Source: Azolla caroliniana (taxonomy: Eukaryota > Plantae > Polypodiophyta). From it: DNA of 64,000 bases. The notes beneath the pieces were generated by a model. It saw only the letters and a list, made by a program, of their open reading frames with translations, searched no databases and had not been told where the DNA came from. The translations under genes were made by a program, and so were the position numbers. Below, in pieces: positions 39,066-51,660 of this stretch (position 1 is the first letter of the stretch; each line of letters opens with the position of its first letter). The DNA is taken from contig JBHGNT010000011.1 in the NCBI GenBank assembly GCA_043228905.1, positions 5,952,001 to 6,016,000 on the forward strand, written 5' to 3'.

Positions 39066-42000
39066 GGATCTTCATCAAAACAAACTCATTTTCTTCTACC
39101 CGCTCTCGGAGCCAATGGTATCTCCTCTGGATGTGCTTGTTCCTCGTCTGGTAGGCGGCATTCTTTGCAAAGTGGATGGCAGTTTGGTGGTCACATTAGA
39201 GTTGGAATTCTTCTTGTCAAATCCCTAACTCTCCGATGAAACCCTTCATCCAGATTATCTCCTTCTTGGCTTCCACTGCGGCCATGTACTCTGCTTCCAT
39301 GGTTGACAAAGTCACGACCTTTTGCAGCTCGACTGCCATGACACGGCTCCCTCTGCATATGTCATCACATATCCGGACGTGGACCGGCTAGTATCCACAT
39401 TAGCCGACATGTCCGAATCAATAAACCCTTATAATAGGGGTTTATCTGAGCCCAATCTGAGGCACATGTACGTGGTGCCTTTCAAGTGCCGAAGTATCCA
39501 CTTGACCAGTGCCTAGTGCTCTTTGCAAGCTAAGATTGCTCATGAATCGGCTGACAAATGTGACTACATATCTGATGTCCAACCTAGTACACAACATTGC
39601 GTATATCAAGCTTCTAACCACTGAGGAATAGGGTACCTTAGTCATCTTAGCTTTCTCTGACTTTGTCTTCGGCAATGTCGAGGCGACCGACTTTGCGTTT
39701 TGCATGCAAAATCTTTGGAGCCCCTTTGTCACGTACTTCTACTATGATAGCCACAACAACTTCTTTGCTCTATCTCAGACTACGTGCATCCCCATGGTTT
39801 GCTTTGCCAAACCCATATACTTCATCGCGAAGGACTTGCTCAGAACCTTTTTCAGGCTTCCGATCTTGACACGTTCCTGTCTGACTATCAACATGTCATC
39901 AACGTACAACAGAAGCATTAGGAAGTGTCATCTGTCAAACTTCTTCACGAACACGTGTTGGTCTGCCTGTGTCTTGTGGTATCCTTGGTCGATGATGAAC
40001 GATTCAAAATTCTGATACCATTGCTGGGGGGGACCTACTTCAATCCGTACATGCTCTTCCTCAACCAACACACCAGATTCTCCTTTCCATTCTCGACGAA
40101 TCCTCCTGGTTTCTACATATATATCTCTTCTTCGAGATCTCCATGCAGGAAAACCATCTTGACCTCCAACTGTTTGACTTGAAGGTTCATGTTGGCCGCT
40201 ATGCTCAACACAGTTCGGATGAATGTCATCCTGACCACCGGGAAAATATTTCATCAAAATCTACACCCTTCTTTTGCTGAAAACCTTTTATGACAATTTT
40301 GGCTTTATATCTGGGTGGATTTCTACCATCTCCCGGTTGCAGCTTGTATACCCACTTGTTACAAAGTGGTCTCTTTCCTTTCGGCAACTCCTTCAGCTCA
40401 TAAGTGTGGTTCTCATGCAAGGAATCCATCTCACCCTACATGGCACTCAACCACTTTCTACTGTGGGTGTCCCTCTTCGCTTCCTCAAAGCTTTCCAACT
40501 GCCCCTGATTGGTTAGTAGTACATACTCTTTATCCGGAAATCTATGAGGGGCTCTTCTCCCCCCCAAAGGGTATCTTCTGCCTCCATTCGATGTAGTCCG
40601 CTCCTATTCTACTTCTTCGGTCAGCTCTTTGTCCGAGTTAGATTTGGATCTATGTTCGGTCGACTGTCTTCTTTCGACTGGTTCATATCCGATTGCTGAC
40701 TAGCCTCCGTCTGATCCGAATTCGGTCGACTCCCCTTGTTCTTTAGTTGGTGCTCGACTTCCGACTGGTTGGGAGTATGTATTCGCCTTCACTTTCTCCC
40801 AGTTGACGATTGTCTTTTGTTTGATAAAGACAAGTCCCATAGCTGATAGTTGAATTCATCATTGCCGTATCCGAGAAATATGCATGGCCGAGTCTTTGGG
40901 TTTAGCTTTCCCCTCCGGTCCTTTGCAATATGCACATAGGCAAGACAACCAAACACCCTCAAATGTCGGTATGAGACGTCTTCGCCGGTCCACACCCTCT
41001 GTGGAATATCATCGTCCAAGGGTATTGAGGGTGGCATGTTTATCACATACACAACCGTCATTAGCGCCTCAACCTATAGAACATCTTGGAATTTTTTTCA
41101 TGTGCAAGCATGCTCTAAACTCTTTCCATGACTGTTCGGTTCATTCTCTTGGCCAACCCATTTAGTTCTGGCATTTCGGCATGGTATATTTGAGCTGGAT
41201 TCCCTTCGACCGATAGTACTCCTCGAACTGTCCTCGGTACTCGCCTTCGTTGTCTGCTCGAATTGTTTTCAACTTCCAGCCATTCTCCCTCTCCGCTCTC
41301 GCTTGAAACTCCTTGAAGACGGATAGAACTTGATCCTTGAAGCCCACAACCTCCGATTACAATCATCTATGACGGTCACAAAATATTGTGAACTGGCATG
41401 TGACTTCGTGTCCACGTACCATACATCCTACGCACGAGTTCCAACATTATTTTCTTCCTCATCAGGGGCCTAGTTCGGAAGGAGGTTCTGTTTTGCTTGC
41501 TAGCCAAACAATTTGTGCACTTGTCGAGATCCACATTCTGCACCTCTGGAATAAGGTCATCAACATCAAGCTTCGTCATTTCCTTCTCACTCATGTGGCA
41601 CAACCTCTTGTAAAATAGTTCACCAATTGTGTCGCTGCCACATTTGCTTCCTCATGACATAATCGAGCATGCATCACATACAATGTGTTTGTCTTCCAGG
41701 CTTGGGCCATAATCAAGCTTCCTTTGCAGAACTTCAAGATGTCGTTCCGGATGCTACCCATGTAATCTTCATCATCCAGTCGACTGGCTAATATAAAATT
41801 CAATCTGACTTCCGGAATGTGTAGCACATCCTTTAACACCAATCGACACCCGGTTAATGTTAACAAACACACATCTCCAATGCCGACAATTTGGCTTGCT
41901 CCTTCATTTCCCATTTTCACAAAACCGTGATCACCAGTTCTGTACGATGAGAAGAATCCTCTATCGGGGTTTAGGTGAAATGATGCACTGGAATTGACCA

Positions 42001-43184
42001 CCCATGTTGATTCATGGTGGACAAGGTTTAGCTCACTTTGCCCACTGATGAAAAACTATTCCTCACTTGGCGTGATTGCCGAGGTACCTCTTCTTTCTAG
42101 AATCTTCTTCGGTTCTACACCATCAACTCCCCCTTTGTCCTTCCGAAAGTGTCATCAATTTTTCTGGAAGTGCCCCGTCTTTCCATAGTAGAAGCACGTG
42201 GGCCTCCCCCTTGACTTCGAGCTCATCCTCGACTTCTCTTGCTTCTGGGACTTCTATTCTGGTCTCTTACCCGATTCATGCCACCTTTCGTGACTACGGC
42301 CTTTGGGTCAGAAATTGCCTCTCTATCCTTCCGACGAGCTTCCTCATTCACCAAGCTCGACTTCACCTTCTCTAGCAATAAGTGCTTCCCTTCTGGTCCT
42401 ATATTGCTCAATGTGACAAAAAGCGTCTCCCAGCTATCTATAAGGGATCCCAACAATAGTAATGCTAGTACCTCGTCGGCTAGAGGTATGTCCAGAGAGG
42501 TGGTTTGGTTTATGAGCCCTTGGAAGGCATTCAGATGCTCTGGCATGCTGGAGACATCCTAATATTGGAGTCTCACGATCTTCCCAAAAACTAAGACTCT
42601 GTTGACAACATTTTTGTTCTCGAACATAATGCCGATCTTCTCCAAGAGGTTATTCACCTTGTTCTCTTCATTGAAGTTGTTGTATAAAATCATGTCTATA
42701 AAACACCTTATGTATTCCGTTGCCTTCAGATGAATGACTTCCCAAGTTGATGCATCGATCTTGTCGTGCATGGTCTTCCCATATTGCACCGCCAACCAGA
42801 GATCTTTGCATACCAACATGTCTCTAATCTTCGACGTCCACACTGAATAGTTGGAGCCGGTTAGCTTGAACATTCCCCCGAATGTGTCTTCCATTTTCTT
42901 TCTCTTCAAGGTAATAAGCATTCACTCTAATGCCAGTTTATTGAAAATGGGTCTTGACCGCAACCGAGATTGAAGCACAAAGGAGAGAAAAACAAAACAT
43001 CATAAAATGACTCACTAATATTGACACACGGGACACGGGATATTCGCGTGGAAAACCCCAACCAGGTAAAAACCACGGGAGCCATAGACTATAGTTCATT
43101 ATGAGAGGTAATACAATGAGGCTTGTAGGCAACAATCTCGAGCTCATATTCTTCACCTACAGGCGGTTACAATAGAGATGCTTC

Positions 43185-43231
<47 letters not shown>

Positions 43232-43476
43232 TGTTACACAGTCAAAAACTCTACATATCACTATAAGGTTTGCTCTAGTTATCTTATAACTTAGGACTAT
43301 TTACAAATCTTGCCTAAACAGGCACAACACAAAGAGAAACCTATTTACATATGTATCCTTATCAAGATACCTATCTGGATTCAATTCGGATGCTGATCTA
43401 ATCTTTCTCTTCCTTTAGATTTGACTGATCTGGCTCGTGCTCTCCTTCCCATCCAGAGGGACATGTTTTCCCAACA
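39066..43476 (-). mobile_element. Decayed Ty1/Copia element: 5' LTR (42938-43476), gag, PR, INT, RT, RNase H
   Basis: Copia domain order on the minus strand: gag (42921-42223), PR (VNSSASFH), GAG-pre-INT, INT (IRADNEGEY, NGLAKRMNRT), RT (KWVYK, YKAK, YVDDM, VPYSS), RH (ADMSADVDTSRSTSGY); degenerate Met PBS at 42925-42935. Confidence 0.9.
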
Positions 43477-44329
43477 CCGATCTTCTTCCAGAAAACATCC
43501 ACCTTAGTTTCTTCATTGAAGTTGTTATATAGACTCATGTCTATAAAACATTTGATATATGTCGTTGTCTTCATATGCATTACCTCCCAGGTCGATGCAT
43601 CAATTTTGTCTGGCCTTCCATCCCCGAACTGCACCCGTAGCTAGAGGTCTTTAAATACTAACATATCACACATCTTTTACTTCCACACTGAATAGTTAGA
43701 GCCGGTTAGTTGAACATTCCTCCGAGATGTTCGTCCATTGCTTTGATACCAGTTTGATGAGGATCGGCCGACCACAGTCGATTGTCATGTATGCAAATGA
43801 TGGGGTGCAGAGATCAAGAAGACAAAAATAACAAAAGACAGAAAAACCAAAGTACAAAGACAAAAGTATTTTACATGGAAACCCAAAAGGGAAAAACCAC
43901 GGGAGTGAACTAACTCCAAGAAATCACTATTTGATTAAGGTATACAATAAGAAATTGTTAGGCAATGACCTTGAGTTCTTCTTCATCGGATTGAAGGTTA
44001 TAGAGGAGTCACTCTCACTCACTCCCTCCCTCCCTCTCTCTCTCTTAGTTACAGAGGCAACAACCAACAACAACTATACATACATACCTGACATACATAT
44101 TATAAGGATTTGCCCTAGTTGTATTTATACGAATACAATTCTCACCCAAATAGGCGCAACAAAACCTTTTTACAAATATGACCTTTCCCGAATGTCTCCC
44201 TGGATCCAATCCCGATGCTTCTTCATTAGATCAAACTAATACGGCTCACGCTCCTTCATTTGGTTGGTTTCTCAGACTTCAGTCCGACTCGTCCTCTCCT
44301 TTCAATCTGGAGGGATCTATTTCCTAACA
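43477..44329 (-). mobile_element. Copia 5' fragment: LTR (~43755-44329), Met PBS and gag start
   Basis: Minus-strand LTR starts TGTTAGGAA at 44329; PBS TGGTATCAAAG at 43741-43751; gag peptide DKIDASTWEVMHMKTTTYI. Confidence 0.8.
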
Positions 44330-47300
44330 AATAGAACCAATAGATGAAGATGCAGGGGACCTTGTGGACCTAGAAGATGTATCAAAGTCTAAACATACAC
44401 ACGATTCAACGGAGCATGGATGTTATGTACACATAACGTTGGTGAGGGTAGGTCACTAATATTTACATTAGTGAATGGTATGTTCACTAATGTTAAAATG
44501 GGGACTAATGATTGGATAGAAGGAATGGTAGGCGCATGCACTATCATGATTTGGACAACCAATGAATGGAGAGCCTTTTAGAAAGGCACATCTATTCAAG
44601 GGGCCTAGGAAAAGGTATAAATATGAGACTTTTAGCTACCCTTATAAGGACATGATACATCAGAAGGTTGTTGTCTTAGACACCAGTGGTGCGGACTAGG
44701 CTTTCGTCTCAACGATCGTGTTTATCTCTTCTGAGGTATTAGTCACCGGAGTAGGTTGGCTATGTCTAGATCATAGCTCGAGGGTGGTCGGTGTCATGAT
44801 ATGGCAAGACTCGAACCCATGACCTTATGTTACATGAGTCGAGCTCTTGACCATTAGACTATATGTTGTAATACGAAATATATTATTTTCATTTAAGTTT
44901 TACTATAGAAAATTGATGTATATTCCAGATTTCTCTGGAACATTCTAGAAACTTCAGGAGTACTCCTGAGAACACTATAAAAGGAGGCACAAGGCATTAT
45001 TTCGAACCAAATTGGTTCAACGCCATTCTTAAGCCTCCTAGCTACTATTGTATATTCCCTTAACATAATATATATCTTTTGTTATCCTCATTCTCTCTCT
45101 CTCTCTCTCTCACTCTTTCCTTCTCTCGAGGGTTCTACACCTCCCTTAATACTAATCCTCATCTTTTAGTACTAATTCCTTCTCTGTTTTAGTACTATTC
45201 TTGACAATACTTCTCTGTCTTAGTATTTCTCCTAACAGTTTGGACCGAATATCCTCTCCTTCCTTCTCTTCCTTTATCTTCTTACTTCTCCCTCCCTTCA
45301 TACTAATTTCTTATTCCTCTTTTCTCTCATACTATGGCCATTGTTAGCGCTCAAGAATATCAATCCGTTTTCTCATAGCTGCAATGCTTGAAAGAGAAGT
45401 TCCTTGCTTTGGAACAAGAAAATCAACAGTTGTTGGGGGGGATCTTCAACAAAGCTCCTTAGAAAAGCAGCAGACACAACGACAACATGGGGAACTAGTG
45501 GTACTCGTGCAACAACTCGAAGAAACCTTAGTAGTGATGCAACAACAAGGACCTAGTACGCAAGGGATTCATAAAGAACCCAAGATCAGCCTTCACATGA
45601 AATTCGATGGAACACGATCGCAGTTTAGAGGATTCCTTAATCAGGTACAATTAGTCATTCAAATGCATCCTTCTTGATATCCCACCGATGCATCACGAGT
45701 GGGACTAGTAGGCACGCTACTTAGTGGCATGGCTTTGACATGGTTCGTCTCCTTGTTAGAAAAAAGCTCTCCCTTGTTAAATAATTTCGAAGAGTTTATT
45801 ACCGAGTTTAAAGCCCATTTTGGATATACCGACAGTGTTAGAACAACAATCAACAAAATCCGAAGATTGCGCCAAGGTGAGCGGCCGACCTTGGCTTATG
45901 CTACGGATTTACCTCTTCTTGCCACCGATATTCCCTGGGATGACCAGGAACTAATGGAGCAATTTCGTTTTGCCCTAAGTAATGATGTTAAAGATTTACT
46001 CTTAACTTTCCCCGAGGAGCCAAAGTCATTGACAGAAGCAATCAGTCGTGCGGTGCGATGCGATAATCACCTCTTCAAACGACGTTTGGAACGTCAGTTC
46101 CAAATACCACAGACAAGATCGGAGCCCACCTACGCTTCAATCGTAGCAAAGCCTTTCCCAAGGGAGTCATTCAATACGTCTCCAATAAATAATCCGACTC
46201 CAATGGAAATCGACACCACACATCGTCGCGGACCACTATCGGAAGAAGAAAAGCAGTGATGCAGGGCAAATCGATTATGTCTTTATTGCGCTGGACCGGG
46301 GCATATTTTAGTGAATTGGCCCCCATTGGCTGAAATTCTTGTAGGTGTGTCTGATAGTCCTAATAGACCAAGCCTTTCAAACAAATTTGAAATCCTTAGT
46401 CAACTAGAAGAAGAGTTAAACGATTAAGTCCAACCAAAATAGGAGTCGTTTGGTTGGACAACCCTAGATCTGTGCAGCCCATTAGTGGTTCCATTTCCTC
46501 TAAGCAAGTTAGCAAATGTGTTCTTAGCTAATGTGATTGTTAGTACTAAAAGTACTCCAGTACATGTCTTAGCACTCTTAGATTCCGGAGCCAACTCTTG
46601 CTTCATGGATAGGAATTTTGCCCAAGCTCATCAGATATCCCTAAAGAAACTCCCATGTCCAACCTCTGTATTAGTCATTGATGGTCATCCCATTGCTTCC
46701 GGGAATATTATAGAAGAGTCAAAACCGGTTAATATTGTCCTAGATATAACTTAGCATGTGTAGTATCATTTAATATAATTAGTATCCTAGAACATCCCAT
46801 TGTTTTGGGATTACCATGGTTCGAATTACATAACCCAACCATAGATTGGAGAACAAGAGAAATATGGTGTCGACAAACCCAAGGATCTACTCATAAGATT
46901 GCAACCATTTCACTCCATCAGTTGTGTGAGGAAGGACGCAAGGAAGAAATGTTTCTCTTCACAATATCAGTAAACCCCTCTAGTATCAATAAAGAGGAGT
47001 CCACCGTTCATCTTCCAGAGAAGTATCGTCATTATGTCGATGTGTTCGATAAAGTACGAGCTAATATGCTTCCTCACCATCGACTGTATGATTGCCCCAT
47101 CGATTTACAACCGGGAAAAGAGCCACCATGGGGACCAATCTACAATTTGTCATCAACTGAGCTAGAAGTCCTTCGAGCCTATATAGAGGAGAACTTGGCA
47201 AGTGGTTTCATTTGACATTCAAAATCTCCAGCCGGCACACCCATTTTCTTCGTCAAGAAAAATAATGGATCACTTCATCTCGTCGTAGATTACCATGGGT

Positions 47301-47527
47301 TGAATAAAGTCACCATCAGGAATAGGTATGCACTTCCCCTTATCTCAAGTCTTTTAGAACGGATCAATGGTGCAAAGTTCTTCACAAAGATCAACTTACG
47401 AGGAGCGTATAACCTCGTACGGATCCAACCAGGAGATGAATGGAAGACTGCGTTTCGCACCAGATATGGGCACTTCGAGTATACGGTCATGCCATTCGGC
47501 CTCACTAATGCGCCAACTGTCTTCTAG

Positions 47528-50500
47528 CCATGTGCCATCTTAGTATATCAATCAACGACGGTTAAGATAACATTGAAACCCTTCGAGACTGGAAGATCAG
47601 TGATAAAATGAAGCCAAATGGACTACCACGGCTTACTTGGAATTGGTAAGGATTCCAACAAGCCATATGGATGATGTCGTGGCATCTTTGCTCGGCAACA
47701 AGCATCACAGATCTGAACATAGTCGTCGACAAAACGTCGCATATGAGGCCACCAAAAGGATCTTCGAACTAGATCCAACGTCTTAGTACTACCGAAATGT
47801 CCAACAGTATGGGTGTTGTGACAATTTTGGACGATTTAAAGGTGACAGGAGCAATCGGGAACATACACGATCTATTTAAAGAATAATAAACCATCATGAT
47901 ATTCGAATTGTTGGTAGTCCATACTTGGTTGTTGAGACTGGGAACAGGATGCCCGAGAGGCATCAAGTTGGGCTAGAATGGCTTGAGCAAAACTATCTAT
48001 CTTCAAGTTGGCACGTATGGCATCAATAATCCAGGAATCCAGTGGAGTGTGAAAAATCCGTGTTGTGTGCAATCGTGTTGGTCCCAAGATTACCTGCTTT
48101 TGGTTATCAAATGCTGAATCACCTGGACGAGGTGCAAGATATGAACATAGCGATAGTGCATCTGCTTTTCCTTGCTGTTTCCCCAGCTGATATGTGATTT
48201 TGAAGTCAAAACGTGTGAAGAATTGTGCCCACCGAGCTTGCAGTCGATTTAGTACACGAGCGTTTTGGAAGTAAGTAAGATTTTTGTGATCACAAAAGAC
48301 GATGACTTGATGAGGAGAGCCCTCTAAGAAGTGCCGCCATTGCACAAATGAATCCACAATGGCTAATAACTCCTTATCATGTATCTCGTAGTTAATTTCC
48401 ACAGCATCAAATTTGTGGGAGTGGAAAGCCACATGATGTAACTTTTCTTTATCTCCTTGTTGTGAAAGGATGCTACTGAGGGCAAAATCCGATGCGTCGG
48501 CCTCCATGATGAATGGTTTGTTTATATCCACATGAGCTAGAATAGGAGCTGATGTAAAGGCTTTCTTAAGATGCATAAAAGCCATGTCCGCTTCATTGGA
48601 CCAAAGAAATGACTGTCCTTTCTTGGTAAGCTATGTGAGAGGTAAAATAATCTTCGAGTAATCTTGTATAAACTTGCGGTAAAAGTTAGCAAAGCCTAGG
48701 AAATATTGCACATCTTGTAACGAACGTGGAGTTTGCCACTCTAGCACAGTTTGGACTTTAGCTGGATCCATGGAGATGCCTTTTGAGGAGATGACATAGC
48801 CTAGAAAATCCACTTGCTTGCAGTCAAAGCTACATTTTTCTAGTCGGAGAATCATGCTCCTCTTGGGTCTTCAAATAAAGACCATGCAATCAGAGTCGTT
48901 TAAGTTCTAATAGTATCGGAGAATCATGCTCCTCTTGGCTCTTCGAATAAAGTCCATGCTCTCGGAGTCGTTTAAGTACTAATAGTACATGAGAATCATG
49001 CTCCTCTTAGGTCTTCGAATAAATCAATTCATCATCCAAATAGATGATCAAACAGATATCCAAGAGATCTCTGAATATATCATTTGTCATGTGTTGGATG
49101 ACTGCAGGCGCATTGGTTAGACTGAACGGCATAATAGTATACTCGAAGTGCCCATATTGGGTGCAAAAAGCAGTCTTCCATTCGTCTCCCGATCGGATCC
49201 ACATGAGGTTATATGCTCCTTGTAAGTCGATTTTTGTAAAAAACTTGGCACCATTTACAAGTTCTAATAGACTTGATATAAGGGGAAGTGCATACCTATT
49301 CTGAATGGTGATCTTATTCAAGCCGCGGTAATCAATGATGAGACGAAGGGATCCATCTTTCTTTTTGACAAAGAAAATGGTTGCACCGGCCGGAGATTTC
49401 GAATGACGAATAAACCCGCTTGCCAAATTCTCTTCTATATAGGCTCGAAGGACTTCCAACTCGGTTGCTGACAAGTTGTAAATCGGTCCCCACAGTGGCT
49501 CTATTCCTGGTTGTAAATCGATGGGACAATCATAGGCACAATGATGAGGAAGAGTACCCGTTTTGACCTTGTCAAATACATTGGCATAAGGATGATATTT
49601 CGAGGGAAGTTGAACTAAGGATTCTTTTTTAATAGTGCTGGAAGGATGTACTGATATTGCAAGTAGAAACATTGACTCCTTGTGTCCTTCTTCGCGTAAT
49701 TGATGGAGCGAAATGGTCGAAACTCGATGAGTAGATTCTCGGGGTTGTCGATACCGAACTTCTCTTGTTCTCCAATCTATGTCTGGATTATGTACCTCAA
49801 ACCAAGGTAATCCTAGGACAATGGGATGCTCTGGACTACTAATTATATTAAATGAAGCTATCTAGGGCAACCTAAATGGGTTCTGACTCTTCTACGATAT
49901 TCCCAGAAGCAATGGGACGACCATCAATGACTACTACAGATGCGGGGCAAGGAAGTTTTCTTAAGGATATCTGAGAAGCTTGGGCAAAAGTCTGATCCAT
50001 GAAACAGGAATTGGCTCCGGAATCTAAAAGTGCTAAGACATGTACTGGAGGGGTACTTTTAGTACTAATGATGACTTTGGCTAAGAACACATTGCTAACT
50101 TGCTAAGAGGGAATGGAAGTACTAATGAGCTGCATAGATCTAGGGCTGTCCAACCAAACGGCTCCTATTTTGGCTGGACTTAGTCGTTTAACTCTTCCTC
50201 TAATTGACTAAGGATTTCAAATTTGTTTGAGATACTTGGACTATCAATACTATTAATAATATCAGACACTCCTAAGGGAATTAACTTGGGTTTATCACAT
50301 GATATGATTTGATTGACTTGTCTTCTTGGCCTATGGGGACAGTTGATGGCGATATGCCCTGGTTCACCGCAATAAAGACATAATCGATTTGCACATCGTC
50401 GTTGCTTTTCTTCTTTCGATAACGGGCCACGTCGACGCATGGTGTCGATCTCCATCAGCGTCAGAGTATTTGCCTGAGATACATCTCGTGCAACCGGTTT

Positions 50501-51296
50501 AGCTGCGATTGAGGCGTATGTGGACTCTGCCTAGTTCATGGCATTTGAAATTGACATTCCGAACGTCGTTCGAAAAGGCGGTTGTTGCATCGGACCGCTC
50601 GACTGATTGCTTCTGTAAGTGATTTTGGTTCTTTGGGAAAAATTAAAAGTAAAGCTTTGACGTCGTTGCGCAGGCCGTAGCGGAATTGCTCCATTAGTGC
50701 TTGATCATCCTAGGGGATATCTGAGGTGAGTAGACGGAAATCCACCAGAATCGTCGGATTTTGTTGATCGTCGTCCTAATGTTGTCGGTATCTCCAAAGC
50801 AAGCTTTAAATTCGCTAATAAAGTCTTCAAAGTTATTAAGAAAGGGATATTGTTTTTCCAAAAGCGGAGTGAACCATGCCAAGGCTGAGCCGCTAAGCAA
50901 CATGCCTATTAGGCCTACTCGGGATGCATCAGTGGCGTATCGGGAAGGATGCATTTGCATGACTAAGTGTACCTGATTAAGGAATCCTCTAAATTGTGAG
51001 CACATTCCATCGAATTTCACATGAAGACCAATTGTGGGCGCTTTATGAAGTCCTTGGGGACTTGATCCTTGTTGTTGTAATGCTACGATGGTTGCTTCGA
51101 GTTGTTGTACGCATAAACGCTAACTCCCCATGTTGTTGTTGCGTTTGCTGTTTTTCTAAAGCTATTTGTTGAAGATCCCCTAACAATCGTTGGTTTTCTT
51201 GTTCAAACTGTCAGGAATAGTACTAAAACAGAGAGACAATTAATACTAGAGAAGGGAAGTACTATTAGTACTAAGAGGATGGATTGCGTAAGACTC

Positions 51297-51349
<53 letters not shown>

Positions 51350-51350
51350 C

Positions 51351-51391
<41 letters not shown>

Positions 51392-51660
51392 ATGATAACA
51401 GATGATATATTATGTGAAGAGTAAGTACAAATAGCTGTGAGGCTTAAGACTGGCGTTGAACCAATTTGGTTCGAAATAATGCCTTGTGCCTCTTTTTATA
51501 GTGTTCTCAAGAATAGTCCTGAAGCTTCTAAACTGTTTCAGAGAAATCTGGAATATACAATAATTTTCTATAGTAAAACCTAAATGAAAATAATATCCTA
51601 CGTATTACAATACATAATGTAATGGTCAAGAGCTCGACCCATGTAACATAAGGTCATGGA
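47528..51660 (-). mobile_element. Inverted, related Tcn1-like copy (partial LTR 51209-51660, gag, PR, RT, RH, start of INT) inside the 44792-52013 element
   Basis: Minus ORFs 50694-51020 and 50180-50455 (gag, [14 protein letters not shown]), 49872-50090 (PR), 49007-49672 (RT, YLDD), 47872-48585 (RH, EADASD); similar but not identical to the plus copy. Confidence 0.88.
48847..49025. repeat. 72-bp tandem repeat (~2.5 copies) disrupting the RT of the inverted copy
   Basis: GAGAATCATGCTCCTCTT at 48847, 48919 and 48991. Confidence 0.85.

Noticed and set aside
44330-44420. Continuation of the interrupted MTase gene after the nested Copia block
   Set aside because: No matching TSD to 37567-37571 (GATAG vs AATAG, LTR in opposite orientation) and no SAM-binding motif in the short acidic reading.
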